DNA of 63,154 bases, filler included, from Sphacelaria rigidula (Eukaryota), in NCBI GenBank assembly GCA_964200075.2. It is 6 parts of 6 records of this genome, joined end to end, with 100 filler letters (N's around TTAATTAATTAA, not from the genome) between each part and the next. Parts side by side here need not be neighbours in the genome. Positions count along the whole stretch, not along the records: positions 31,631 to 42,072 come from CAXNAA020006482.1; positions 42,173 to 52,613 come from CAXNAA020006483.1; 4 more parts are not named here. The stretch is one strand, 5' to 3'. This document shows positions 36,179-48,782 of this stretch, piece by piece (position 1 is the first letter of the stretch; each line of letters starts with the position of its first letter). Position numbers and translations under genes: made by a program. Below the pieces are notes generated by a model, which had not been told where the DNA came from, made no database searches, and worked only from the letters and a program-made list of their open reading frames with translations.

Positions 36179-38629
36179 CTGCTGTATGTCGCACACGCGG
36201 GGCATAGGGGCGAGCGGAGATGGAATAGTTGGGGTGGGGGTGTGCTCATGATCATGCATGCCGTAGTTACAAGACCGTTGGCCCTGCATCCCTACGAAGC
36301 CGGGACGGAGCACGCCGGGTTTCCGCCGGACCAGGCTTGCACTTAATCACCAAGCGGGAGGCACTGTGGTGTGTTCGGCGAGTCGCGTGAAGGGTGAGCT
36401 GCACCCTGCTAGGATTGTTGAGCCCGAAGCCTACTGATTGTCTTGCATTAGGATGACAGCCTACAACGAGTTGCTTCATTTTCTGGGATCGCCACTTTCA
36501 TGTTGGGGGGGTGAGTTGGGGGGGGGGCGTACTCATGTGTTGCTTCGCCGATTAACTGGTTCGCCGATTAACTGGGGAAATATCGACGGCGAGCGGCAAA
36601 GCCGCGAGCCTCAGCAACCCCCCCACGGCTGGCGAGGGGACCCCCGGAGGCGAAAAAAATGCGATATTTGACTTTTTTTTTTGTTGAAAAATCTTTCTCC
36701 GAGGTGTCTGTAACTCTGCTCCGAAGAACGGCATGCACCATCACTAGTTTGGGCAGATTGTACGAATTATGTTGGTTCCGGTCACGAATTCAAATTCATT
36801 GTTGTCCGACCGTAAATGGCTCAAACGTCGGATAATTCCCTTCCCTTTTCGCTGACATCGTTCAGGGAGGGGACGCGTTTGTTTCATCCCTGGGAAAAGG
36901 GATGGGGGGAGAAGGGGATCATAAGGGAAGGGTATGTGATGGACACGTTCTAACGATACTAACCGCGTGTTCGAGGGCATCACTATTCGTATGTGAATGC
37001 CTACGTAACTAGAGAAAACGGCAGATAACACCCCCCATGTCTGGAGACGGGACAGGGCGATTCATCCTCGGGTGGGAAGAAATGAGGAGGGCGGGGATAA
37101 CCACTCTATCGTTAACACGGTACATCGATTTTTTCGTGTGTTTAGGTGCATCGCCACCGTGTGTAACGGGTCAAAACAGTAGTTACCACCCGGGTGAAAA
37201 AATTATTTGGGGAGTGGTGTAAACACTTCATCTCCGGAAGGAAAAACATTTTATACCTTGTTCTTTCCATGTTCCAAGTATCCCGCGAAAACGTTCATAT
37301 CACCCAAACGCATTGCCATTGTGCACGGTATAGGTCAAAACGGTGGATAACACCCCTGACCTCACGGTAGAAAGCACACCTCAGGGACGGCTAGTTCTTG
37401 TCCCCTGCGTTACCATGCACCCCCCGCCCAAATCTGACTTGACGGATGTGTTTACACAATATTATGCGCCATCTGTTCAGTTCTGGCCTCTTCAATGAGT
37501 TCCCCGATGTTTTGAACTCGAACATCTCAGAAACTTGGCCTGACATACGTGGCTTTTAACTGCCCTGTGCTAAAATTGATGTAAGGACAGCCGGTAACGG
37601 CAAAAAAATAAGATAAAAATACTGAGAGAGTAGGTCATCTGCTGCATCGGCATCAATTTAACTTCAAAATATGCATGATGCAGATGGACTGTCCTCAGAT
37701 CTAAGGGTTAACACCGGTTCCAGTCTTAATCGACAGGGTTAAGTGGTCCAGGTTACTTACATACAGCCCTGAAACATTTAGTACTGTGGTTTCAGAATGG
37801 AATTACAAATAAATGTAACGTGACTGCACCAACACCCTGCGCATGAGACACTTTAACCCAACTTTAAAAATACGGGTTGGACTATTGCCCGTAACTACAA
37901 CTATATTCTTATAACCGGGTGGGGGGGGGGACTCCTGGGAGCACTGTGTTTTTGATGTCTTTGATGGGGGTACTACTGCAAGATGTCAAAGTGAGCTAAT
38001 TAGTATATATTGCCCTGACGTGAAACCTCGAGATCTACTTTCGGGTTTCTGTTCGACAAAGTTTCTCCATTTCCTTTCTGAGTTTCATATATATTCCCTT
38101 CCTCTCGCTCTTGCCTTCCGTTCTTCTTTCCGTTCTTGTCTTTCCTTTTTGTCCTCTCTCTCTGACCCGAATGAATGTTCGTGTCTCGCTCTTGCGGAGC
38201 TGGTGGGGGGGAGTTATAGGCCACGTAGTGCGGTCTCCACATTGCAGTCGCAGCGTGCTTCGTGGCATTGCTTCCGTGCGGTTTTCTTGCCTGAGCCCTG
38301 GCAAAGATCTGTGTTGTTCTCCCTCGGGACTGGTACTGGATGCTATCCCCGCGTTTTTCTCGGGTTCACCCCCTCCCCCCCCCAATCCTCTCCCCATTTT
38401 CATTTCTCTAACTTTCCCCTTTTTACTGAGTAAATTTCCTGCAGCGAGTGTCTCACTTTATTCCCCTTAGGCACTTCTACAAAATTGTGTTTCACGACCA
38501 CGATTGGATATGTGCTGTAGCGTATCGGTCGGTGAGTAACATTAACATTCAATCAATTGATCAACTGGGGAACTTTCTCGATTAATTGGGGAATTTTCCC
38601 GCGTGAACATGTTTTACATTACGCCGCAA

Positions 38630-39000
38630 CTCAACCGTCTTTCATGTTGCTAGATTCAAGTCTCCGGAGGCACCGAACCGTTGCGGGAGAACGAGCGTAT
38701 GGTTGAGAGGATGCACTTGTAGAGCCGTATATGTTGCAAGCTGCGTATACTGTGTACAAATTATGCAGTTGATCGAGCTGTATGTCGCTTCTGCAAAGGT
38801 TGACTTGCGGTAGCTGGTTAGGTGACGCAGTGTAACACCCCATAGCGATTATCTGTTCGACCTCGATTGTCTTGGAATCTTCGACGCAACACCACATAAA
38901 TTTGGAACTGCATCATCGAAACAAGCGTGTTGAAAGTCTTCGAGATATAGAGGACGTCGGAAGTGAATGGCCAGCCTCTCAAGGAATCGAGGTTGAGCAA
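38630..39000 (-). pseudogene. Possible highly degenerate non-LTR reverse transcriptase fragment
   Basis: LYISKTFNTL resembles LDxSKAFDxV, followed by a GVL motif at roughly the expected position. Weak evidence. Confidence 0.3.
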
Positions 39001-40898
39001 ACTAGTGGAAGAGGGTGTTATACGCCGTTAGCTAGGTCGCCGTGTAGATAGCCGTAAGTGAATGGAAGGTTTCCGGGCACAAGATACGAGATGCTATATC
39101 TCAGGGATTATCCCTGAGGGTAGAACGATAACGTGCGGGCGATTCTTCTTTCCTCTCTAGATATCACTAGCCGCATCATGCAGCAGGATAGACCGTACAG
39201 TGCAGTATAGACAAAGGTCAGCACAGCTGCCGATTTCATGTGTAAAAAGCAGCAATTGCAAACTGGATACAAATTACCGTATAGCTGAGAGCAGACAATC
39301 GCACAACCGTCACATACCTCGGAGTAAAATGCATCTAGAGGGAATAATGAGACCAGCTGCAACCACCATCCCCAGAAGTGATTGCCGGGACAACCTCAAG
39401 AACATCCGCTGCAATTCTTCAGTTACACTATGATCCACAAAACTGGATGCTGCATTACAAATTACGAAGCTGAGGAGGAGTGCCCTCCGTGACGATATAT
39501 AACACCCTCCTCTGGCAGAAACATCAATCTTTCAGTATCTCAATTTTTGGATAAAAGCGCCATTCATATCGTCGAAGCTCGATCCCCGGTGACTTTATGA
39601 TGAGAATTCATGGAAGAATACACTTTTGGGGAGTTGCAGCTGTCGATGTTTCCCGAGGAAGTGATGATAAAACACCGAAGATTCATCACCTGGTGTTATT
39701 TCCCGTACACTTTTTGACGGGGTATGCCGATTGCAGCGAGGGGGGTGGGGGGGAACAGTAGTCGATCAACAAATAATAGACACACAGACCGGCACCAAGC
39801 AGGAAGGAGGCAGGGGGATTAAACGTGAGTACTGTGAGCTTATTTCATGACAAGGTGTCGAGTTTGTAAAGAAGCCGATGATGAGGACGCACTTTGTGTG
39901 TGCTACGTGCTACAGATACTAAAACGCATGACTTTGGGTGCCTTGTGCAGTCTGTGTTGACCTTTCACGCACGGTCGGGGTTACCCTACATGATGGAGTA
40001 TAACACTCCCCTTTACGCAGGAATCCCTTTTCAAACCTCGACTATATCGCACGCTATGTACGGTGCTAAAGGCGACACCGGAAATGGTGTCATGTTTTCA
40101 TCATCTCATCGCTACAGTATTCCGGTGAAGCGGGTCATTATCATCGGCAGTGCAGGGCTATTTCCTTCGGATAGCAATGAGGTTGTCTAGCTTATCACCC
40201 ATTGCTCGGCGAAGGGGGTGTTATACCCGGTATACATGCCAACGTGAGACATAGGTCCAAGCTCGAAGCGAAGTCTCGAACACACGGAGAACCGCTTTCG
40301 AAACGGGCTTACGAACTTCTGCACACGTTTTCGTGGTGTGGAAACAGATCGGTCTGTGACATATTGCGCGAAATCACAGCGCTACCATGTTACATTTGTA
40401 TACTTGCAGCCGTGAACATTGCAGTCACCCCGTACGGACTCATGAGTTGTATCTCCTCCTCCCCGCGCCTTCCCACCGGTCGCACTCGGAACGCTCTACT
40501 GAAAATTCCGTAGGGGGATCGGTGCAGCAGCGCGTGCAGCTTATTCCAGCACATAGCCAGCGAAGCTATTGTGGGGATGTCGATGTCCGCATGTAACACT
40601 GACATTACCCGAACTAGCCTCGAGCCAGGACCCTAAACAATCGCCTGTCGTTTGAAAGTACCGCACGGCATACCAGCTTTTCTCCTGCAAAAATTCCTGC
40701 GATTCGAGATACCAGCCTAAGTTTACTGCTGTATGCTCTACTGTCTATGGGCGACAGAGTCGTGCGTTCCGTACTGCTGTACACCGAGTTTAGCTAGCGC
40801 TTGGTACATGTCTCCTGCTCGCCTGTCATCGTAGTTGTTTTCGCTTATTGTGCAGCTCTTTTCTCCTTTCCTGGCTACAATGACCGCTGCACACCTTA

Positions 40899-41072
40899 GG
40901 CCAACTCTTGTGGGAGCGTTCAGAATTTTATTTTGCAATAATTTTAAACGACGTTTTTTTTTCTTCGCCGTAGTCATGTATTTTGTGCCCGTTCACCATG
41001 ATGACAAAGAAAAAAAAAATCTCTAAAATTATTGCAAAATAAAAATTTCGAACGCTCCCTTGAGAGTTGGCC
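40899..41072. mobile_element. Tourist/PIF-Harbinger-like MITE (174 bp, foldback)
   Basis: TIR GGCCAACTC/GAGTTGGCC, arms complementary over about 75 bp, TTA on both flanks. Confidence 0.85.
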
Positions 41073-41949
41073 TTACATTCAAATATTGAGCAACTTTTAA
41101 AATCGCATACCCAACTCTAAAGTCAGTTCTGTACGATGCATTAGGTATCGAAACAAAAGTATTTTTGTGTTATTTTATTCGTCATATTATTTTTCCTTCA
41201 TCATCCCTCTCCTTCCGCGGGACAAGTCCTTAGTCTCGAGGAATCAACCTACAGTACGCGTCAGCACTCGAGAGTCTGGCAGTTGAGATTTTTAGGCTGA
41301 GATTTTCGGCATTTTAAGAGTTGGCAGGTGAGCATGTGTGCTGAACTCCATGAGGAAGTAAGAACTGTAGTCGTTTGAGCTCAAATCGATGAGAAATTGG
41401 ATTCAAGCATTTGTGCTGAAATTGAAGAGAAAATAAGACGCGAGCCTTAGCCAAAAGAAGTTTCTTGAGTGTAGAGGCGTACTGTGTCTCTCCCGTGGTA
41501 CATTCCTGATATTTAGATATGGTCAATTGGATCATGAATGCTCTCACTCGGCCTCCACTCTTGTCGACTTTTCTCTGCGACTCAAGCTCTCATGTTTTAT
41601 CGACGACATTCAGATACTGTATCCCTTCGAAAGAACGTACCCAAACCCTCAGGCCCTGTCTTATTAAGGCAAAAAAAAAAAAGCGAGATACAGTACAACG
41701 CGTCCAAAAGTAGGGCGTCGATTGGTCGCCGGGCGGGTCCATGGTCGCGGTGACTGATCATCATACTGCTTTTGAACGCTTGGTTCGTTCTGCGCTTATT
41801 TTTTTGGAGTCGGTAAGACTCGGCCTTAACTTCGCCCCACCCGATTTCAACACGTACCGGTTAGACGACCGGGGAGCAGCAGCTCAATGCTACTTTCGAT
41901 GTAAAGCATTCAATGCAGAATGTATTACCTTTTGCCTTGATTTTTTTAA

Positions 41950-42072
41950 GGGCCAGACGAATAATGATTCGTCTGGAAATCGCTTGGTTTTTAGTGTAAT
42001 TGACTCGACTCGTACGAATCAATCCCTAGGCTTTGCTTTCAGCGTTGCAACCCAGGTACACGCAGCCCAGAC
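41950..42072 (+). mobile_element. Probable Harbinger-like element end running into the gap
   Basis: TAA|GGGCCAGACG start; homologous to 31758-31880 inverted. Confidence 0.5.
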
Positions 42073-42172
42073 NNNNNNNNNNNNNNNNNNNNNNNNNNNN
42101 NNNNNNNNNNNNNNNNTTAATTAATTAANNNNNNNNNNNNNNNNNNNNNNNNNNNNNNNNNNNNNNNNNNNN
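42073..42172. other. Artificial contig linker
   Basis: N44-TTAATTAATTAA-N44. Confidence 0.97.
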
Positions 42173-42702
42173 GACAGTCCGCGTTTGGACCGTGCGACAA
42201 CACCCACGCACCTTGCGAGTGATAGCCACCGTGCTGGACAGCGCTGGGCACGTACTACCCGCCGATGGGTCCATGCTTGCTTACTCGGCGAAGTTCCGGG
42301 AGTATTAGCTGTGCGCATCTCCCTGTGGGAGCTGTGCGCGTGGAGTGTGTCTCCCACGCGTGTCTACTGCAACAAGAGAAAGCAGCTGATGCATACTGTA
42401 TACATCCGTGTTCAGGTTCTAAAAAACACTGCAGAAGCTGTGCTGTGTTGTGTTGTATTCAGTGTGTTACTCTGTACCCCACATACCGCTGCAGAATTGT
42501 GGTGTGCTCAGTGTAGTACCCTGTACTCCATATAATGGGGTTACGTTTTTCGATTTTTTCGATTTTTTTTCTTCTCTCTTCTTTCCAAGTTCTGCTTGTT
42601 TTTGTTTTTTAAAATTCCGAAAAAACGAGACAGTTTTCTGACACAGAAATCCAATGCCGAATCTGGAATAGCCTGAGACAACAACTAATTTGAAAATTGG
42701 AA

Positions 42703-43168
42703 TACTCAAGTTATACTCTATCCTCGAGTATTCCTGAGAGTGCTTACTCACTGTTTGAGTAGAATATTTGAGGTCGTACTTGATCTAGTCAAAATTTGAG
42801 TAGAGTATTGGAAGCTGTACTCAACGTACTCGAAATTTGAGTAGAGTATTTGAGACCATACTCAACCTACTCAATTTTTGAGTAGAGTATTGAGGTCATA
42901 CTCAGGTGATACTCTATATCCGAGTATCACTGAGAGTGCTTAATCAATGTTTGAGTAGAGTATTGGAGGCCGCGCTCGATCTACTCAAAAATTGAGAAGA
43001 TTATTTGAGGCCGTACTCAACGTGCTCAAAATTTGAATAGAGTATTTGAGCCCGTACTCGGCCAACTCAAAATTTGAGTGGATTATCTGAGGCCGGATCC
43101 GATGTACCGGAAACCTATAACTTCAACTTCAATATTCAAGTTCGTACGCAAGATACTCAAACTCGGGT
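42703..43168 (+). repeat. 196-bp higher-order repeat of ~41-bp TACTC/GAGTA subunits (block 1)
   Basis: Unit start CTCTAT at 42716 and 42912; subunit core TACTCAAAATTTGAGTAGAGTATTTGAG. Confidence 0.85.
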
Positions 43169-43594
43169 AGAGGACATACCGAGGTATTCCTACAGTTGCC
43201 CACCCATGATGAGTGTTGATTCAAGGTCAAAACTGGCTTGCCAAACCGTGGCCAGTAGAGTCGCTCATTTAGATACAGTAATACCTAATCGACTACTCGA
43301 TTAATCGATGATGATGAGTACCGCTCTGTACTGAAAGTGATATCAAAGGTGTTGAGAGATATCGAGTATGAGCTGCCGTGGGTGGGGGCTGGTGAGATGG
43401 GGCGTTGGGGCAAGTAGGTTCGTTCAGCTGCACGCTTATTGATTTTTTATGGCCATCATTCGCTCATACTCCTTGTTGGCTGTGATGTAACGCCGCCCAT
43501 CTAATTGATTGCCATCGGTCGCCCATACATTCAACATCGTCTGTGAACTGACGTCACGAAGTCGCCGACTGTCAGGGGTACTCACCACAACCAA

Positions 43595-44075
43595 GGGGTA
43601 CTCTATGCTCAAGTATTACTGAGAGTGCTCACTCAATATTCGAGTGGAGTATTTGAGGTCGTACTCGACCTACTCAAAATTGGAGTAGAGTATTTGAGAC
43701 CATACTCAACCTAATCAAAATTTGAGTAGGGTATTTGAGACCGTACTCAGCCCACTCAAAATTTGAGTGGAGTATTGACGTCATAGTCAAGCGATACTCT
43801 ATACTCAAGTATTACTGAGAGTGCTTTCTCAATATATGAAAAGAGTATTTGAGGTCGTACTCGACCTACTCAAAATTGGAGTAGAGTATTTGAGACCATA
43901 CTCAACCTACTCAAAATTTGAGTAGGGTATTTGAGACCGTACTTAGCCCACTCAAAATTTGAGTGGAGTATTGACGTCATAGTCAAGTGATACTCTATAC
44001 TCAAGTATTACTGAGAGTGCTTTCTCAATATATGAAAAGAGTATTTGAGGTCGTACTCGACCCACTCAAAATATA
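43595..44075 (+). repeat. 196-bp higher-order repeat (block 2)
   Basis: Unit starts at 43601, 43797 and 43993; subunits at 43647, 43688, 43729 and 43770 (41-bp spacing). Confidence 0.9.
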
Positions 44076-44716
44076 AGTACGAGCTGGGCCAGCTTAAAAG
44101 CTGCTAAAACTTGCTCACACCACAGCTTCCCAGTTTCCTGAATAAACCCGATGTAAGCATACCACTGTGAACTGTTGACCAACCTGGTGGAACACGGCAC
44201 CGCCGCTAAATGGAAGAAAAGAATGAAAAAATGTACTGCATAATGTATGACCTTAACGACGGACGAAAAAAAAGAGAATATGTCGGGATTCGAACTCATG
44301 ACCTCCATAATTAAAGTCTCCCATCACTTGATTTATACGGGTGCAGCAGAGTCACGGAAGATGTNNNNNNNNNNAATTCGACGACTCTTGAGCTGAAATT
44401 TTAGGAAGACCTTCTGCACCCAAGGAACTGATACTTTGGACCAGCGATCAACTTTTTTCTCCTTTTTGGGCGATCAGGCCGAAGAAATTGTGAATTTGGT
44501 GTTTGTGAGTCGTGATAATTTGTCCTAACCGTGGAATATTTCAACCCCAACACGAGTGGCAATCAGCAGTGTGCTGCTTCCACAATAGCGACGGTGTGTC
44601 CGCTATTATAATGTTTGTACATACAGATAGTAAAGGTACTGAGCACACTCTCCTCCTCCAGTGCTCTCGCCGTACTACGGTACCAGTGATCATCCAATCC
44701 TGCGAGGCAGCTATTA

Positions 44717-46387
44717 CACTCTCATGGGCGCCCCTGAACCCCCAAAATAGGCAAAAAAAGTGTCACCAACCACAATTACGAACAGACACGAACAGACCGA
44801 CTTCTGGGGCTCGTGACAGGCTCGTAGGGTAGAATGCGCCTTACGTCATCGGAAAAAAACGGCATGGATGCAAAGTTGATATCGAGAAAATTGGACTGCA
44901 TTCCAAAATCGGAACCCTACCGTTATTTCCGTTGTTGTTCCTCATATATTACATGCCACTGCGTCACTTTTCGTTCATGCTTGCGATACAATAGTTGGGT
45001 TGATCCAACCCGACACACATCGAGAGCCCTCGGGTAAGGGCGGTACATACATTACCTGAACAAAGCAAGGCCTTGGTAGACCCCAAATCGGCTCCTGTGG
45101 CGTCGATTTAAATAAAAACGCGTTCTGCGCACCCGAGGAGCACACGGGACTGTCAGCCCTACTGAAATTCCGATTCTAGTTGTTCACACCCAAATCAAGT
45201 AATATCAACATATTCGTAGCCCAACGCCGGTAACTGAAACCAGGAGACTGCACCATTTTTAGGGGGAGATACGGATGAACTTCAACGAGGACGGCCCTCA
45301 CACAGACGAGTGGAGTACAAATTGTCACCGGGTTTGTGATGTGGGCCGGGTGGGTGTTGGTCGTCGACCACCTCATGTTTTGAGGAGCCTGGTTTTTGCT
45401 TTTTCAGATACCATCATTCCACAATTTTCAACAGATGGATAGCTCGCCTTGAGCAAATGTATTTGTTCTTCCGTGGGCATGGCTTTACATTTAATGAATA
45501 TGATATCAATCTTTTGACCGCGAGGGTTGATCACCTGCTGAATCGGCATCAATTTTCACTTGAAAAAAGTATGCATGGTCCCGATGGATTGCCCCCGCGG
45601 TCTAGGGTTTAATCAGACTCGAAGAAATTGTTGTGTTCCAAGAGGGAATGAAAACAAATCGTCGTCCGTCACCCACCAGTGCCGATACAACAGACGCGTG
45701 GGTCCACTGAAATACATTAATGGGGCTTCGGTTCGCGAAAGTGGGCCTGCAACTTTATGCTGTCTTGTGTGTCGTCTTGATCTTGGTGTGGAAACCGAAA
45801 TCCGCATATTTCATGGGGGCTGTGCTCCTAGCATGCTCCTAGCGTGCCCAAAACGCTTTTTCGTCTAAATCGGTGCCGATTTGAGGTCTGGCAATGCACC
45901 CTTCGCCTGGGGAACAGGTTGCACCCCACTCGCCCGAAGATTCTCGGTATGCCTTCGTTGTGGTTAGGGTTAGGGTTAGGGTTAGGGTTAGGGTTACAAT
46001 TTGTTCTCTTCGCTGCTGCGAGGTCGTCAAGATGATTCTTGCTTCTGAGGTTCGGTCGAAGGTTCAAATTCTACACCTGTCGAAAATTCCACAAGTCCGA
46101 TGTATCAACCATCTGCACTATCAAGAGTATTTCATGGGTGTGATCTATTTTGGGACTGTAGCTTGGACAAATACACGCCGGTGAGTAGCCGAGGCACGTC
46201 ATGGTTCGTAGTCCGGGTCGACGAAAATGGCAAATCGTCAAGTGGAAAACCCACTCAGATCACGAGTATTTTGAGGAGATTTACGGCGGGCATAATCAGG
46301 GGATGGACAGGATCTCCGGTCTGTTCGTGCTTTTGGTCGGTGACACTTTTTTGGCTCATTTTGGGGGCTCAGGCGCGCCCATAACTG
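44717..46387. mobile_element. Non-autonomous TIR/foldback element, Tc1/mariner-like ends
   Basis: ~70-bp TIRs (ATGGGCGCCCCTGAACCCCCAAAAT...GTGTCACCAACC...CGAACAGAC and its reverse complement), TA flanks, second inner IR pair at about 45070-45200 / 45773-45895. Confidence 0.75.
45962..45996 (+). repeat. Interstitial telomeric repeat (TTAGGG)5
   Basis: GG(TTAGGG)5TTA. Confidence 0.9.
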
Positions 46388-46474
46388 TACATACTGTGGT
46401 GCTACTGTTGTATAGTACAAATAAAACCGTCTGCCGTTCACATGGGGCAATGCTTGAACTCTCCGGAAAAACAC

Positions 46475-46800
46475 GCTCAGATAGGTACATTAGGTTGCGT
46501 TTCGTTGCAGATGCGCACTAGCGATAGTCCTTGCTATGGTGTACACACAGCAGCCTTCGTTTGACGGAAATTCGTTGCTCGCGCAACAAAATTCGCTCAA
46601 GAGGGATTCTGCGGGACGATAGAGAAGAGTGACAGTTTTCTCCTCTTCAGTCCGAGCGTTTAGTGTAAAATGTTGTTCCGAAAATGATCATTTTTTCATG
46701 TGGATAATGTATGGAAAAAGCGGGCGTAAATGTACTGATTTGGGGATCGAGCGGAGAAACATTACGCTGATAAAAAATAGGATAATAATAATAACTAGTG
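46475..46800 (+). repeat. Dispersed repeat; second diverged copy split over about 51285-51400 and 51745-51875
   Basis: Shared GCAGCCTTC.TTTGACGGAAATT and TGTTCCGAAAATGAT...GTATGGAAAAAG...ACATTACGCTGATAA. Confidence 0.7.
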
Positions 46801-47785
46801 ATGAGCCACGGCTGACGCACGTGGCAGCAGCGCCACAAGTGCCAACGCCACGGGTCTCGCGCGTGGTGGTTTTGAACAAAATTGCGAAAACGACCCTGAC
46901 ATCAATCATAATTCATAAGTATGAAAGTGTGAGAAAATAAGGGCTTCCAGCCCCACGGCTAACATGATCGTCAGGGGTGCTAAACTTGGGGGGTGTTACC
47001 CCGCGGAAAGTGTCCGGGCTGTTTGACGACATGTTACTGTAAGTTGCCCATTTTTCTCCGTTTCTTCGGATACACTTGATTGTAGACTACATCCTTGACA
47101 TGGAAAAATCGTGCGCTAAGATGACGCGTTCCCTAATCAGACGCCACACACACTTCCATGCCAATGACACATTCCGGGGTTGAAGCTTCCTTTCGAGTGC
47201 TTTTCAAGCTTACCCTCAAAACCAGCAGAATTAGGTCATTTTCCGATATATTCCGCTGAGCACGGGACGTGCCCTGGAAAAGGTTATAACCCGGTGGGTG
47301 CATTCGGGTTCGAAGCATACAACGCAAAAAACAGCGAACACGCTCCGGCCTTTTAGTCGGTGAAAATAATACCAAGAGTCGTTCGGTCTTTCATTTGTTC
47401 TTCTCCAGGGAGGATATCTGGGTCGATATATTTTTTGTGTGCGTTTGTCGAGCCGTAGCGATGGTCTTCGTCTTTCCGCTGCGTGATCTCTTGGCTTTTG
47501 ACGTTAATGGTTCGTCCGTTTATGTTTTCGTGTGAGCTTTGGCGTTGGGGATGTGCGCGCCGTGGCGTGCGCTATCTGCTGGCTCGTGTGCGGATGGATT
47601 AAAAAATAGTTTTGGTTGGACCGGCGGGTCTGCACAAATGGTCTGTGGAACTGGTCCTACTTTGCCGGCACGCTCTGTTGCTCTTCGTCAATCGGTGCGA
47701 GGAGGTAGCTAGGCAAATTGTGCGTTGCACCACCTCCTTTAGACAAAAGTGCGTGCAGCGCAAGCTAGGATCGCAGCGCCCATCA

Positions 47786-48138
47786 TGTGCTGTCCCATTT
47801 CTTTTGGACGCCAGTCTACACCTTTCGGTATATGTTTACGCACCAGCCGGGGTCACACAGAAGGAAGGCCAACACAGGAGTTTCAGTTTGTTTGCTTGTT
47901 TTGGTTCTTCACCTTCCTTTTGCGGTACTTGCATTTTTTTTACAATCGCGAGAGGGGTTCAGCCGTCCCTTTCCCTCGTTGACCATCGAGTCAAATTTTC
48001 TGTACCCACGACATAGCATTCCTTCTCCACTGTTGAGCATTGTATGGAGGAAAATCCCAGATAACTCCGAGATTCGAACCCACGACCCAACCGTCAAAAG
48101 ATTTCGAGGTTACCAACTGAGTCACCGGGGCGACCGGC
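47786..48138 (-). mobile_element. Near full-length tRNA-derived SINE
   Basis: Minus-strand head GCCGGTCGCCCCGGTGACTCAGTTGGTAA...GGGTCGTGGGTTCGAATCTC (A and B boxes). Body/tail matches 11933-12090; head matches 63082-63154. Confidence 0.85.
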
Positions 48139-48253
48139 GCTCATTAGACTTCCAGATATCAGTGTCCACATTGGAACCAAGTCGGGACAACTTCACTCCA
48201 CCAAGCTGAAACATCATGTGTGCACCCGGGTGTACCATCGACATTCATGTGCG

Positions 48254-48680
48254 CCCTAGCACAGACGATACTATGAAATGAGGTTATACACTAAAATGAG
48301 GTTCAAGCCCAAAACAGTGATTTCCCCACACTTTCAGCGATCATGCCCAATGACTTTATTGTCGGGGTGCCCCTCGATCGTGTAGATTCTTTCTCAGCGC
48401 ATTTTACCGACTCTGTGAGCTTACAGCGCTGACCGAAACCGCCATTTCCCCTCTTATCCCCCCCCCCCCCCCCCCAAATAAAATAAGGGATAATGCCGGT
48501 TTCGGTCAGTGCTGTAAGCTCACAGAGTCGGTAATATGCGCTGAAAAGAGTATCTACGCGACAGAGAGGCCGACAAAAAATTCATTCGGCACCATCGCTG
48601 AAAGTGTGGGGAATGCACTGTTTCGGGCTTGAACCTTATTCTAGTGTTCAACTCCATTTTTTAGAATTGCTGTTCTAGGG
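48254..48680. mobile_element. 427-bp foldback MITE with CCCTAG/CTAGGG (piggyBac-like) termini
   Basis: Arms of about 200 bp are complementary (e.g. TTACCGACTCTGTGAGCTTACAGC.CTGACCGAAACCG) around a poly(C) loop. No intact TTAA duplication. Confidence 0.8.
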
Positions 48681-48782
48681 TAACAGCAAAAACACTTGGG
48701 CTTGTCAGTGCGGCACGACCACTCCGACCGTGATGACTTACATCACATTTGTCATCGGTGTCAGCACAACCAACGTAGAGTA

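Noticed and set aside
31758-42072. One ~10-kb transposon bounded by inverted repeats and capturing a gene
   Set aside because: The terminus-like TAA|GGGCC motif is on the inner side, so the two diverged copies extend outward as separate elements.
45962-45996. True chromosome end
   Set aside because: Only five units, internal, flanked by non-telomeric sequence on both sides.
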